Shown here: positions 17,398 through 26,444 of the stretch, in pieces
Layout: every line of letters begins with the position of its first letter
How positions within the stretch are numbered: position 1 is the first letter of the stretch
Assembly (NCBI GenBank): GCA_963785725.1
Contig: CAWAWS010000039.1
Coordinates: forward strand, 640,001-704,000
DNA length: 64,000 nt
Source of the DNA: an uncultured delta proteobacterium
GTDB taxonomy: Bacteria > Myxococcota_A > Polyangia > Palsa-1104
Direction: 5' to 3'
Program-made: the position numbers and the translations under genes
Notes under the pieces: model-generated
Database searches by the model: none
The model's input: only the letters and a program-made list of their open reading frames with translations
What the model was told of the DNA's origin: nothing

Positions 17398-18147
17398 ATG
17401 TCCAAGCAGCTGGCAGGAAAAGTCGCCCTCGTCACCGGTGGTTCGCGCGGGATCGGCGCGGCCACGGCGCGCGCGCTCGCCGACGAAGGCGCGCACGTCG
17501 CCATCACCTACGCGGCGTCGGCCGAGAAAGCGGACGCGGTCGTGCGCGACCTCGAGAGACGCGGCGTGCGTGCGGTCGCCTATCACGCCGATCAAGCGGA
17601 CCGGACGCAGGCCGACGTCGTCGTCAAGGCGGTGATCGAGCGTTTCGGCCGGCTCGATATCCTCGTCAACAACGCCGGCGTCGCCGCTTTCGGCACGCTC
17701 GGCGATCGCGCCTTCGATCAAGCCGCCGTCGACCGACAGTGGGCGGTCAACGTCGCCGGTCTCGCGGCGACCGTGCGCGCGGCGGCGTTGGTGATGGCCG
17801 AAGGCGGGCGCATCATCTCCATCGGCTCGACTGCGGGCCACAAAGTCCCGTTCACCGGCCTGGCCGATTATGCCGCCGGCAAGGCAGCGCTCGTCGGCTA
17901 TAGCAAAGGCTGGGCGCGCGATCTGGGCCCTCGCCAAATCACCGTCAATGTCGTCAGCCCCGGGCCGATCGATACCGATATGAATCCCGCGAATGGCCCA
18001 TTTCAGGACTACGTCAAGAACGCGACGGCGCTTGGACGATATGGACGCGCGGAGGAGCTCGCGGCGGCCGTGGCGTTTCTCGCGAGCCCGTCGGCGTCAT
18101 TCATCACCGGCACGACGCTCGAGGTCGACGGCGGGCAAAACGCCTGA
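17398..18147 (+). CDS. Short-chain dehydrogenase/reductase, BdcA(YjgI)-like
   Basis: TGGSRGIG, NNAG, YAAGK, PGPIDTDMNPANGP, DGG. Divergent from a TetR, as in bdcR-bdcA. Confidence 0.9.
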   Translation: MSKQLAGKVALVTGGSRGIGAATARALADEGAHVAITYAASAEKADAVVRDLERRGVRAVAYHADQADRTQADVVVKAVIERFGRLDILVNNAGVAAFGTLGDRAFDQAAVDRQWAVNVAGLAATVRAAALVMAEGGRIISIGSTAGHKVPFTGLADYAAGKAALVGYSKGWARDLGPRQITVNVVSPGPIDTDMNPANGPFQDYVKNATALGRYGRAEELAAAVAFLASPSASFITGTTLEVDGGQNA

Positions 18148-18155
18148 GCGGCAGC

Positions 18156-18929
18156 CTACGGAAAGTGCAGCTGCTCGTCGGTGACGCGCGCTTTGGCGGC
18201 GAGCGACTTCGACTTACGGCCGACCTCCGTCAATCGTAATCGATTATCGGGCAAGAGCTGATCGAGCTGATATTCGTCCCAGCGTCGCGGCGCCATCGCT
18301 TTCCCGTCATACAGAATCGCCGCGCAATCATCGATACTCCCGACGCCTTCGGAAATCACCGACGGGATATTCGACTCGCCGATCCCATAGAGCAGGAGAT
18401 CGTCGACGCAATTGGGAATCCACTGATCGTGGCGAATACTTTGCGCGACCCGCCGGATGCGCACCGTTGCCACCACTCCATGTTCGCCTGCATTCGCCGC
18501 TGTCGCCGTGACCACGTAATCATAGTGATGCTCATTGACGCGCGGCGAGCGCAACGCCTCTTCGTGCACGAACCAGCCGGCAGCGGTATGCCACGCCAAT
18601 AAGCAGACATACGAATCGGCGCCGCCGCTGCGGACGAGCGTCAGCTGCCTGCCGTCGGTGAACGCGCCATTGGCCAGCGGCTTGAAAGCAAAGGGCGTGC
18701 AAGCCGCGCGATCGACGGCAGCTTCGGCCGGCGCTGCGCAGTGATAGCCGCTCTCGGCGTTGCCGAGCACGTCGACCGATCGAGACCGCAGCGCAGCGCA
18801 ATAGCTCTCGACGGTCGCGAAGGGTCCGGCCAGCTTCGTCGCGTCAGTCGTCTCCGCGCGCGCGGCCGACGGCAGCAGCGCCAGCAAAACCGTCGCAAAG
18901 CAGGCGAAACGATGACGGCGCGTCGTCAT
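18156..18929 (-). CDS. Hypothetical secreted Cys-containing protein
   Basis: Signal peptide MTTRRHRFACFATVLLALLPSAARA, six Cys in the mature part, no recognised domain. Confidence 0.65.
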   Translation of the reverse strand: MTTRRHRFACFATVLLALLPSAARAETTDATKLAGPFATVESYCAALRSRSVDVLGNAESGYHCAAPAEAAVDRAACTPFAFKPLANGAFTDGRQLTLVRSGGADSYVCLLAWHTAAGWFVHEEALRSPRVNEHHYDYVVTATAANAGEHGVVATVRIRRVAQSIRHDQWIPNCVDDLLLYGIGESNIPSVISEGVGSIDDCAAILYDGKAMAPRRWDEYQLDQLLPDNRLRLTEVGRKSKSLAAKARVTDEQLHFP

Positions 18930-19210
18930 ATTCACCCATATGCTAACGCCAACGCCTCGATGTCTGTGCACGATTGTCGATTCGAATCGTGCAGCCGCCG
19001 CCGATCGTTCCCGGAGAGCGCGCTCGCCTATACGCTGCTGCGCAAGATCATGCGTTCCTCGCGAGTCTTTCATTCGCGACATTCTTGGCGCATTTGAGCA
19101 CCGTACTGTTTCAGGCGCGGGTCCTGCCCGACGGGCCATTGCGCCGAATGTTGCTCTGGAATTCCGCGCCTAAGTAAACGGCTGGTTACTCGGGTGCGCT
19201 GACTGAATGA

Positions 19211-19250
19211 CTGACTGACGGTCGGTCACGAATGACTGACCGTCAGTCAG
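19211..19250. repeat. Nested palindrome / 18-bp hairpin
   Basis: CTGACTGACGGTCGGTCA-CGAA-TGACTGACCGTCAGTCAG. Each arm is itself a dyad. Confidence 0.75.
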
Positions 19251-19475
19251 AACGCTTCACGGATATCGAAGCGCCACGTGTCGTTGGCGAGCGCCGTCCG
19301 CTCGACGTGGGCGCGGGCGAGGCAGCGCAAGATCTCGCACTCGATCGTTCACCGGCTATGCCAAGGCACGAAGCGAGCTGGCGCAGTATGAAGCCAAGCT
19401 TCACAAGCAATCGTATTGGTTTGGAGCGCGAGAGTCGAACGGACTCAGGACCGGAATCGCCGGCGGCCAAATCGC

Positions 19476-19501
19476 GACGCTGAAGTAAATACTTCAGTAT
19501 T
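19476..19501. repeat. AT-rich palindrome, copy 2 of a dispersed motif
   Basis: GACGCTGAAGTAAATACTTCAGTATT, related to 8576-8601. Confidence 0.65.
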
Positions 19502-19588
19502 AGGGAGTGACGCGCCGAGCTCGGATACTGGCGGTCGATTCCGAATACGCGATATCCGCGCGGTGGTCGTCTCGCGTATGATCGGGGC

Positions 19589-21415
19589 ATGGGTCGCCCT
19601 CGACTGACTGCGGCGTTACTGGTGACGCTGGCCGTCGCCGTGCACGCGCCGACGCTGGGCCACCGCTTCCTGCTCGACGACGGCGTGCAGATCTTCAAGA
19701 ACCGCGCCGTGACCGCGGGCGCGCCGATTGCCGCTTATTTTCTCGATCGCAATACCACGTCGAGCCGCGCCGATTACAACACGCGCATTTATCGTCCGCT
19801 GCGAAATCTCGCGTTTCGTGGCGTCGTAATCGTCGGTGGCGTGCGCCCGGTGGCGTTCGGTGTGGCCAATCTCGGCTTATATGCGGCCGCCGCGCTGCTC
19901 GTCCTCGCGCTTTTGTCGCGTCTGACCGGCGACGCGCGCGCGGCAGCCTGGGCCACGGCGTTATGGATTGTCCTGCCCGTGCACGTTGAAGCGGTGGCTT
20001 ATGCGTCGGCACTGGGGGATTTGCTCTCATTGACGTTGGAGTTGGCGGCGATCGCGATCGCGCTGCCTTTCGTCGATGGCGATCATCGACGTTGGCGCGT
20101 GGCCGCCTCGACGGCGCTCGCGGTGGCGGCGATGTTGGCGAAGGAGATGGCGGTGACCGAGCCGGCGCTCGTCGTCCTCGTCGCGGTCGCGCTCGGCGGT
20201 GACGCGTGGCGGCGACGGCGGCTGGTCGTGCTCGTGGCCGCGCATGGGTTCGCGGCCGTCGGCTATGTCGCTCTGCGCACGCACGTTGTCGGCGCGGTCG
20301 GGCAAGACCCGGTGACGGCGCAGTCGCTGGCAGCCGGTTTGCGTGACGCGCCGTGGCTGCTTATGCATTACGTGTGGATTAGCGTCGTCCCGCTCGGCCA
20401 CGCCGCGTCTTATCGTGTTCCGCCGTCGAGCGCGACGGCATTTGCGCTGTCGCTGGCCGCGCTGGCGGCGACGGCAGTGGCGACTTGGCGTTGGCGCCGG
20501 CCCGTCTTCGTCGGCTTGGCGTGGTTCGCTGTGTCTTTAGCGCCGGTCTTGCATTTAGTCCCGTTGTGGGCCGACTTAGCCGATCGCTTCGCGCTCTTTC
20601 CGACGTTCGGACTGGCATTGGCGCTGGCCGCCGCGATTGCGCCGCTCCATCGTCGGCTCATCCCAGTCTTGATTGTAATGACAGCCGTATATGCATTAGC
20701 CAGTCTTCTAGAAGAGCGGGCTTGGCATTCGGACTCTTCGTTGTGGCGTTATGCGGTCGATCGACAGCCCGATGCGCCGCTCGCGCGCGGAAACCTTGCC
20801 GCGGTTTTGCTCGGCGAAGGGCGCATCGGCGAAGCGGCGGCGCAGCTCGACGCATTGCACGCGCTCGGGTTCACGCGCAGTGATGTCGAGCTCAAGCGCG
20901 CGTATGTGTTGTCGCGCGTCGGTCGCGGGGCCGAGGCGGCGCAGGCGATGGCGGCGTCGTTGCGGCTCGACGCGACGAACGGCGCGGCGCACGCGTTTGC
21001 CGGTCAGCTCGCGTTGGCGGCGGGCGACGCCGGCGCCGCGGCGCGTGAGCTGACGATCGCGCGCGCATCGGCGTCGTCGCATCCGTCGACCGGGCTGCTC
21101 GGTTATGAGCTACTACGGGCACAAGAAGTTGCGCGCGGCGACCGTGCCGCGGATGTGGCGGCGAGCGCTGCGCGCGTCGACTATCTGCGCGCGTTGCAGG
21201 CGCTTACGTTCGACGACGCGGAGGGCGCGGTGCAGGCGGCGCGCGCGTGCTTGGGTCGTTCGCCGGGGCGGCCTCAGTGTCAGGCCGCGCTGGGGCAGGC
21301 GCTGCTGTTGCAAGGCCCGCTCGACGGTGACGCGCGGGCGCTGCTCGATCCTTGCATCGCCGCCGGCGGTCCCGACAGCAGTCGCTGCCAAGAGGCCGAG
21401 TGGGGCGCTCGTTAA
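19589..21415 (+). CDS. TMTC-like GT-C membrane glycosyltransferase with C-terminal TPRs
   Basis: FLLDD, YRPL, PVHVEAVAY, LAKEMA, ADRF, AWHSDSSLW; many TM helices then TPRs. Confidence 0.8.
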   Translation: MGRPRLTAALLVTLAVAVHAPTLGHRFLLDDGVQIFKNRAVTAGAPIAAYFLDRNTTSSRADYNTRIYRPLRNLAFRGVVIVGGVRPVAFGVANLGLYAAAALLVLALLSRLTGDARAAAWATALWIVLPVHVEAVAYASALGDLLSLTLELAAIAIALPFVDGDHRRWRVAASTALAVAAMLAKEMAVTEPALVVLVAVALGGDAWRRRRLVVLVAAHGFAAVGYVALRTHVVGAVGQDPVTAQSLAAGLRDAPWLLMHYVWISVVPLGHAASYRVPPSSATAFALSLAALAATAVATWRWRRPVFVGLAWFAVSLAPVLHLVPLWADLADRFALFPTFGLALALAAAIAPLHRRLIPVLIVMTAVYALASLLEERAWHSDSSLWRYAVDRQPDAPLARGNLAAVLLGEGRIGEAAAQLDALHALGFTRSDVELKRAYVLSRVGRGAEAAQAMAASLRLDATNGAAHAFAGQLALAAGDAGAAARELTIARASASSHPSTGLLGYELLRAQEVARGDRAADVAASAARVDYLRALQALTFDDAEGAVQAARACLGRSPGRPQCQAALGQALLLQGPLDGDARALLDPCIAAGGPDSSRCQEAEWGAR

Positions 21416-21557
21416 ACAGTGTCGCTTAGGTTGCGAGACAAGCGGAAGCCAGGAAGGCGCGATAAGCCCGCGCAGCATACGTCTTGGTATGTGAATAGGC
21501 ACCGCAGCGGCTGACGCTGGATTACGCGACGGATCACGAGCTCGGCGACACTGTCTA
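21413..21557. mobile_element. Putative MITE (non-autonomous IS derivative), about 145 bp
   Basis: Terminal inverted repeats TAAACAGTGTCGC / GCGACACTGTCTA (12/13, imperfectly extendable to about 24 bp), TA at both ends, internal hairpin CATAC-N6-GTATG. Confidence 0.5.
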
Positions 21558-21733
21558 GCTCGGCGAGCAAAGAAGCATCGCCTGCGCGCGATATGCCAGG
21601 GCGCGCGCGCAAACATCCGCTCGCTTCGTAGCGTCGACCGCCGCGGTCACACTCGACGCCACAGTTCAATCACTATCGCACTGTACGCCGTAAATTCACT
21701 TGCTTTTTATAGTGCCTATTTACTTACTGACGC

Positions 21734-22579
21734 ATGGTCAATATGAGCGGTAAGCGAGTCCTCGTCACCGGCGGCACCGCCGGAATTGGTAAGCAGACCG
21801 CGCTCGAGCTGGCGCGGCTCGGGGCCGAGGTCATCATCGTCGGGCGCAACGCGGAGAAGACCGCGGCGGTCGTCGAGGCGCTGCGTCGGGAGACTGGCGC
21901 GGCGACGGTCGATTCGCTGCTCGCCGATCTGTCGTCGATGGCCAGTATTCGCGCGTTCGCGACGGCATTTCTCGCGAAATACGATCGTCTCGACGTCCTC
22001 ATCAACAACGCGGGCGCGCTTTTCGTGAAGCGCGAAGTCACCGTCGATGGTTGGGAGCGGACCTTCGCCACCAATCATTTGGCTTATTTCTTGGTCGCTC
22101 AATTGCTCATGCCGGCGCTCGAACGGGCGACGGGCGCGCGGATCGTCAATGTCGCTTCGGCGGCGCATTCGGCGGCGCCGCTCGACTTCGACGACCTCAT
22201 GGCCGAGCGCACCCGCTATAGCTCGTTTCGTCAGTATGGTCGCAGCAAGCTGGCCAATATCTTCTTCACGCAAGAGCTGGCCCGGCGACTGAGTGATAAA
22301 AATATCACCGTCAACTGTCTGCATCCCGGCTTTGTCGCTTCCGAGTTTCTCGCCAAAGGTGGAATCTGGTCGCTCATCAAGCCGATCGGATATCTGTTTG
22401 CGGTCGACGTGGTGGCCGGCGCGCGCACGAGCGTCTATCTCGCTTCCGCGCCGGAAGTCGCTGGCGTCACCGGCAAATACTTCGACAAGTGCAAAGAGAA
22501 GCAGCCCAGCAAGATCGCCCAGGACGACGCCGCGGCCAGGCGCTTATGGCAGGTGAGCGCGCAGCTCTGCGGCCTCTGA
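21734..22579 (+). CDS. SDR oxidoreductase (retinol dehydrogenase/WWOX-like)
   Basis: TGGTAGIG, LINNAG, FATNHLAYF, YGRSKLANI, LHPGFV, GKYF, ARRLW. Confidence 0.92.
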   Translation: MVNMSGKRVLVTGGTAGIGKQTALELARLGAEVIIVGRNAEKTAAVVEALRRETGAATVDSLLADLSSMASIRAFATAFLAKYDRLDVLINNAGALFVKREVTVDGWERTFATNHLAYFLVAQLLMPALERATGARIVNVASAAHSAAPLDFDDLMAERTRYSSFRQYGRSKLANIFFTQELARRLSDKNITVNCLHPGFVASEFLAKGGIWSLIKPIGYLFAVDVVAGARTSVYLASAPEVAGVTGKYFDKCKEKQPSKIAQDDAAARRLWQVSAQLCGL

Positions 22580-22716
22580 AGCTACGGTCGCCTTCAGGCT
22601 TCAGTCCGTAATCGCCTGAATTGTCTCGCTGTCCCCAACGAGAGACAGCGAATCTTCTTCGTTTCGATTCGTATTGCCGCTCGCGTGGAATCCGTTCGTG
22701 ATATGCGAGCAGACGC

Positions 22717-25638
22717 ATGTTCATTCTGCGTCAGAAGCGATTCCTGGCCTTCTGTCTGTTCGCCGCCGTCGTCTGTGCCGTGCCTTTGTTGATCTTGGCG
22801 GCGCGCAATCATCACGACGCGCCGGCCGAGCTCGTGACGATGGCGTTGATCGGTATGTTTTGCGGCTTTGGGCTGGCTGTTTTGATCGCGCTCGTCGTGT
22901 TCGCGGTCTATCGCACGTTCTTTACAGCGGCACCGGCGATAGCCCTCGCGCCTTACGAAGATGTGCTCGCGCGCATGCCGGCCAATTCATTTCTCGATGG
23001 CGAAGCGCGCGGCGGAACGCTCTTTGTCACGCAGCGTCGGCTCATCTTCGTGCCGCATCGCTTCAATTTTCAGCTGACGTCGACGTTCATTCCTTGGGAC
23101 GACGTCCGCGGCTGTCTGCCGGTGCCGGCGACGCCGCTGTCGCATACGATCTTGACGATCGAAATGCGCGACGGTTCGTTGCAGCGGCTCGTCGTTCACA
23201 ATCGGCAGGCGCTGATCGGATATATCGAGCGGATGCGCGTGCTCGTCGAGTCGCAGCGCGCGGTCGCTTCGGGCGTGCTGCTGTTGGCGCTGGGCGTCGG
23301 CGAGCTGGCGAGCCCGTCGTCCACGGCGGCGCCGAATGGCGCGGCGGTGGGACATGCGCGCGCGGCGGCAGTGCGGGCGAACGATGCGGTCGGGTGGGCG
23401 AACGAGGAGGTCGGTCGCGCGAATGATGTGGCCGAGCGCGCCGGGGATTCGCCGCCGGGCGAGCATACGATTGTGTCGGCGACGCGCGCCGGCGATGTGC
23501 CAGTCGGTGGCGAAACGCTCGAAGGAAAGACGGCCGATAGCGAGACGAATGAAAGAAGAACGGCTGATGGCGAAACGGCAGGAAGGACGGGTGACAGCGA
23601 GACGTGCGAAGGAAAGACGGCGGATAGCGACACGCGTGAGGTAAAGACGGTCGTGATGGCCGTTCCGCCGGAAATATCACCATCACCCAGCGTCGGCGAA
23701 CCGACGACGGGCACTGACGAAGCGCGTGAAGATAAGACGGTGGTGACGAACACACCGATAGAAATATCACTATCACCAGACGTCGCAGATCGGGCAGCAC
23801 GCAAGCGGGAGGCGTCGACACATCAACCGGCAGGCGCGGATAAAGTGATAGAAATATCACTATCACCAGACGTCGCAGATCGGGCGGCACGCAAGCGGGA
23901 GGCGCCGACACATCAACCGGCAGGCGCGGATAAAGTGATAGAAATATCACTATCACCAGACGTCGCAGGTCGGGGGGCACGCAAGCGGGAGGCGCCGACA
24001 CATCAACCGGCAGGCGCGAGCGAAGTGATAGAAATATCACTATCACTGTCGCCTATTGGTGCCGGCGCAGCCCTTCCTGGTGGCAATGGACGAAAAAACG
24101 AAGCGGTCGCCTCCAATGTGCCGATAGAAATATCACTATCACTAAGTGGGGCCGAGCGGACGGTGCCCAATCCCGTGGTCGAGCCGGTCGGACATGACGA
24201 ATCGGCGACCATCGTGACCACCCTCTCGCCGCTCGCGCTCGCCGCCGGATTGAAGAGCGAACCGCTCGTGCCGCTGGCGGGCCATTTGCGACGGCTCGTA
24301 GTCTTATTGGAAGACGCATATGCGTTGAAGTTTGGCTATTTCAGAAAACAGCGTCTCGACGCCGCAAGTACGGCGAGCCTGACCAAAGAGGTGCACGACC
24401 TCGCGCAGATCGCATTCGAACGCGCGTTGCGCGTGCGGCCCGGCGAGTGTTTGCGCTGGCTCGATGGGCTGAACGAGCTGCAGCGGCCGGCGTTCATCGA
24501 TTTCGCCGCCTGGCACGCCAAAGCGGCGGCGTTGCCGGCATCGATGGGCGTGCTGCAACTGCCCTCGCCGTCGCCGGAGCTGCACGCCGCTGTCGCCGCG
24601 CTGCGCGACTATCAGCCGGACGCTGTCAGCGCGCCGGCGTCGGCCGATATCATCGAGCAAGTCGCAGAGATGGACGTGCTGCCGGCCGAGTGGCTCGCGT
24701 TCTATCGACTCGCCAATGGAGTGCGAGTGACGTTCGATTCTTACGAGCTCGAGCTTGCGCCGCTCGATCCGAGCCGGAATCTCATGACCGGTTTAACGCT
24801 CTCGCACTGGAGCTCGAAGAAGAATCCCTGGTTCTACACTTACATTGCCCAAACGGACGGGGTCATCGCGCAGACTTCGTGGTCGCGCGGCTGTGAGCAG
24901 CTGGAAAAGCTGGAGCCGCCGCGCCCGGCAGCCGGCTCGCTGGCGCAGTGGTTGACGATGGCGATCGCGCCCGTGCGCTTCGCCGAGCCATCGCGCAAAT
25001 GGTCGCCCGGCCCGTTACTGCCGACGCCAGGCGTGAAACGCTCGCAGCCGCCCAAGATTCGTCGCGCCAAGCCCGCGCCTGACGAGAGCCGGACGCGATC
25101 GGCGCTCGAGGATCTGCTCAACCGTTATCGCTTCAATCCTCATTTGCAATTCGACCGCGCGCTATCCCCACCGAGCGCGCAGGTCATCGACGAGCTGCAG
25201 CGGCGACTCGGTATCGAGCTTCCGCCGGATTATGTCGCGCTGTTGAAGGCATACGGCTGGGCGCACTTCGCGGTCGACGAGGCGGCCTGGCCGCGACCGC
25301 AAGCCGGCGATGGCGGTGAAGCGTGGAGCTTCGAATATGGCGTTCGCTTCTTCGGTGTCGGCGCCGATATTCCCGACGCGCTCAATATCGAGTGTGTATC
25401 AACCGAGTTTATCGCCGAGCAAGGTGACGAAGACGGGCCGAAGCTCGTGCCTTTCTGCACCGTCGAGACTTCGGGCGATTATTATTGTTTCGATGAAGCG
25501 GGCGATATTTTCATCGTTTATTCCGACGAGGCCGAACCGCATCCGGTCGATCACGGGTTCTTGGAGCTGCTCGAACGACAGCTGACGGGATTGACCGAGC
25601 GCGCGCGGAAGAAGCTGGCGAGCGGCTCGACGGGCTGA
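22717..25638 (+). CDS. Composite protein: 2 TM + GRAM/PH-like domain, repeat-built linker, C-terminal SMI1/KNR4 (SUKH) domain(s)
   Basis: GGTLFVTQRRLIFVPH (GRAM-like), 30-aa repeats containing IEISLS, LPAEWLAFYRLANG, and PPSAQVIDELQRRLGIELPPDYVALLKAYG...GDYYCFD...FLELL (SUKH). Confidence 0.75.
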   Translation: MFILRQKRFLAFCLFAAVVCAVPLLILAARNHHDAPAELVTMALIGMFCGFGLAVLIALVVFAVYRTFFTAAPAIALAPYEDVLARMPANSFLDGEARGGTLFVTQRRLIFVPHRFNFQLTSTFIPWDDVRGCLPVPATPLSHTILTIEMRDGSLQRLVVHNRQALIGYIERMRVLVESQRAVASGVLLLALGVGELASPSSTAAPNGAAVGHARAAAVRANDAVGWANEEVGRANDVAERAGDSPPGEHTIVSATRAGDVPVGGETLEGKTADSETNERRTADGETAGRTGDSETCEGKTADSDTREVKTVVMAVPPEISPSPSVGEPTTGTDEAREDKTVVTNTPIEISLSPDVADRAARKREASTHQPAGADKVIEISLSPDVADRAARKREAPTHQPAGADKVIEISLSPDVAGRGARKREAPTHQPAGASEVIEISLSLSPIGAGAALPGGNGRKNEAVASNVPIEISLSLSGAERTVPNPVVEPVGHDESATIVTTLSPLALAAGLKSEPLVPLAGHLRRLVVLLEDAYALKFGYFRKQRLDAASTASLTKEVHDLAQIAFERALRVRPGECLRWLDGLNELQRPAFIDFAAWHAKAAALPASMGVLQLPSPSPELHAAVAALRDYQPDAVSAPASADIIEQVAEMDVLPAEWLAFYRLANGVRVTFDSYELELAPLDPSRNLMTGLTLSHWSSKKNPWFYTYIAQTDGVIAQTSWSRGCEQLEKLEPPRPAAGSLAQWLTMAIAPVRFAEPSRKWSPGPLLPTPGVKRSQPPKIRRAKPAPDESRTRSALEDLLNRYRFNPHLQFDRALSPPSAQVIDELQRRLGIELPPDYVALLKAYGWAHFAVDEAAWPRPQAGDGGEAWSFEYGVRFFGVGADIPDALNIECVSTEFIAEQGDEDGPKLVPFCTVETSGDYYCFDEAGDIFIVYSDEAEPHPVDHGFLELLERQLTGLTERARKKLASGSTG
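23665..24142 (+). repeat. In-frame 90-bp tandem repeat carrying GTGATAGAAATATCACTATCAC
   Basis: Motif at about 23665 (degenerate), 23755, 23845, 23935, 24025 and 24121. The central units are near-identical. Confidence 0.92.
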
Positions 25639-25857
25639 CGTCCGCGCCGCCGGCGGAACGTCGCCGATATTTTGCCGGCAATCCCGCACGTCGATATCGA
25701 GCTCGCACGCGGATATCGTGCCCAAACGATACGCATGCGCTTCGCTTCGCAGCTCGATATATGACCGAGCCGAAGTACGGCGATAGGCATTGTTCTTCTC
25801 GTTGAATCGTCTCTGTCGCTATCGTCACGGCTGCGGCGAAGGCGTTATCATCGGCGC

Positions 25858-26283
25858 ATGCTGCTTGTTGCCGGCGTCGTGGCGGTCGTTCTCGGCGCGC
25901 TCGCCGCGCTGCATTTGTATTGGGCTTTCGGCGGTCAGTCGGGCGCGGCGTCGGCGGTGCCGGAGCGGGATGGCGCACCACTCTTCGTCCCCGGTCCGGC
26001 GGCGTGCACGTTCGTCGCCGCGTTGCTGGCCGGCGCCGCGGCGATCGTGTGGGCCAAGGCGACCGCTTGGTCGCCGCCGTTTCTGCCGCACGCCGCGCTG
26101 ACGGTCGGCACTCTCGCCGTCGCCGTGGCGTTCATCGGTCGCGCCATCGGCGACTTCCGTTGGGTCGGCTTCTTCAAGCGACGGCGCGGCACGCAGTTCG
26201 CCCGCAACGACAGTATGCTTTATTCGCCGCTCTGCCTCGCGCTCGGCGTCGGCGCGCTCATCGTCGCCCTCTCACCGCGCTGA
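25858..26283 (+). CDS. DUF3995-like membrane protein
   Basis: LHLYWAFGG, GRAIGDFRWVGFFK, FARND..LYSPLCL. Confidence 0.8.
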   Translation: MLLVAGVVAVVLGALAALHLYWAFGGQSGAASAVPERDGAPLFVPGPAACTFVAALLAGAAAIVWAKATAWSPPFLPHAALTVGTLAVAVAFIGRAIGDFRWVGFFKRRRGTQFARNDSMLYSPLCLALGVGALIVALSPR

Positions 26284-26444
26284 GTCGGCCATCGAATCGC
26301 CAACCTGACGCCTGACGAGTCCCGAGCGGTTGCCTCATTGGCTTAGGGTTCATGGGCCGCGTCGATCCTGCGCGCGATGGCAGAATCTGTTGGCTCGTCC
26401 TCATTCTGCCAGCGCCCGCCGGCAACTGCCGCGTTCGCTCGCCG

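Noticed and set aside
18156..19200. Integron cassette with attC site
   Set aside because: No RYYYAAC...GTTRRRY-bounded hairpin that I could identify, and no integrase.
19476..19501. Myxobacterial LexA box
   Set aside because: It shares CTGAA/TTCAG-like ends, but the dyad is 18 bp, longer than the roughly 16-bp box, and no SOS genes are adjacent.
23087..24046. 319-aa minus-strand ORF with LVIVIFLS repeats
   Set aside because: Antisense shadow of the 90-bp repeat; no RBS or domain, and it overlaps a better-supported plus-strand gene.
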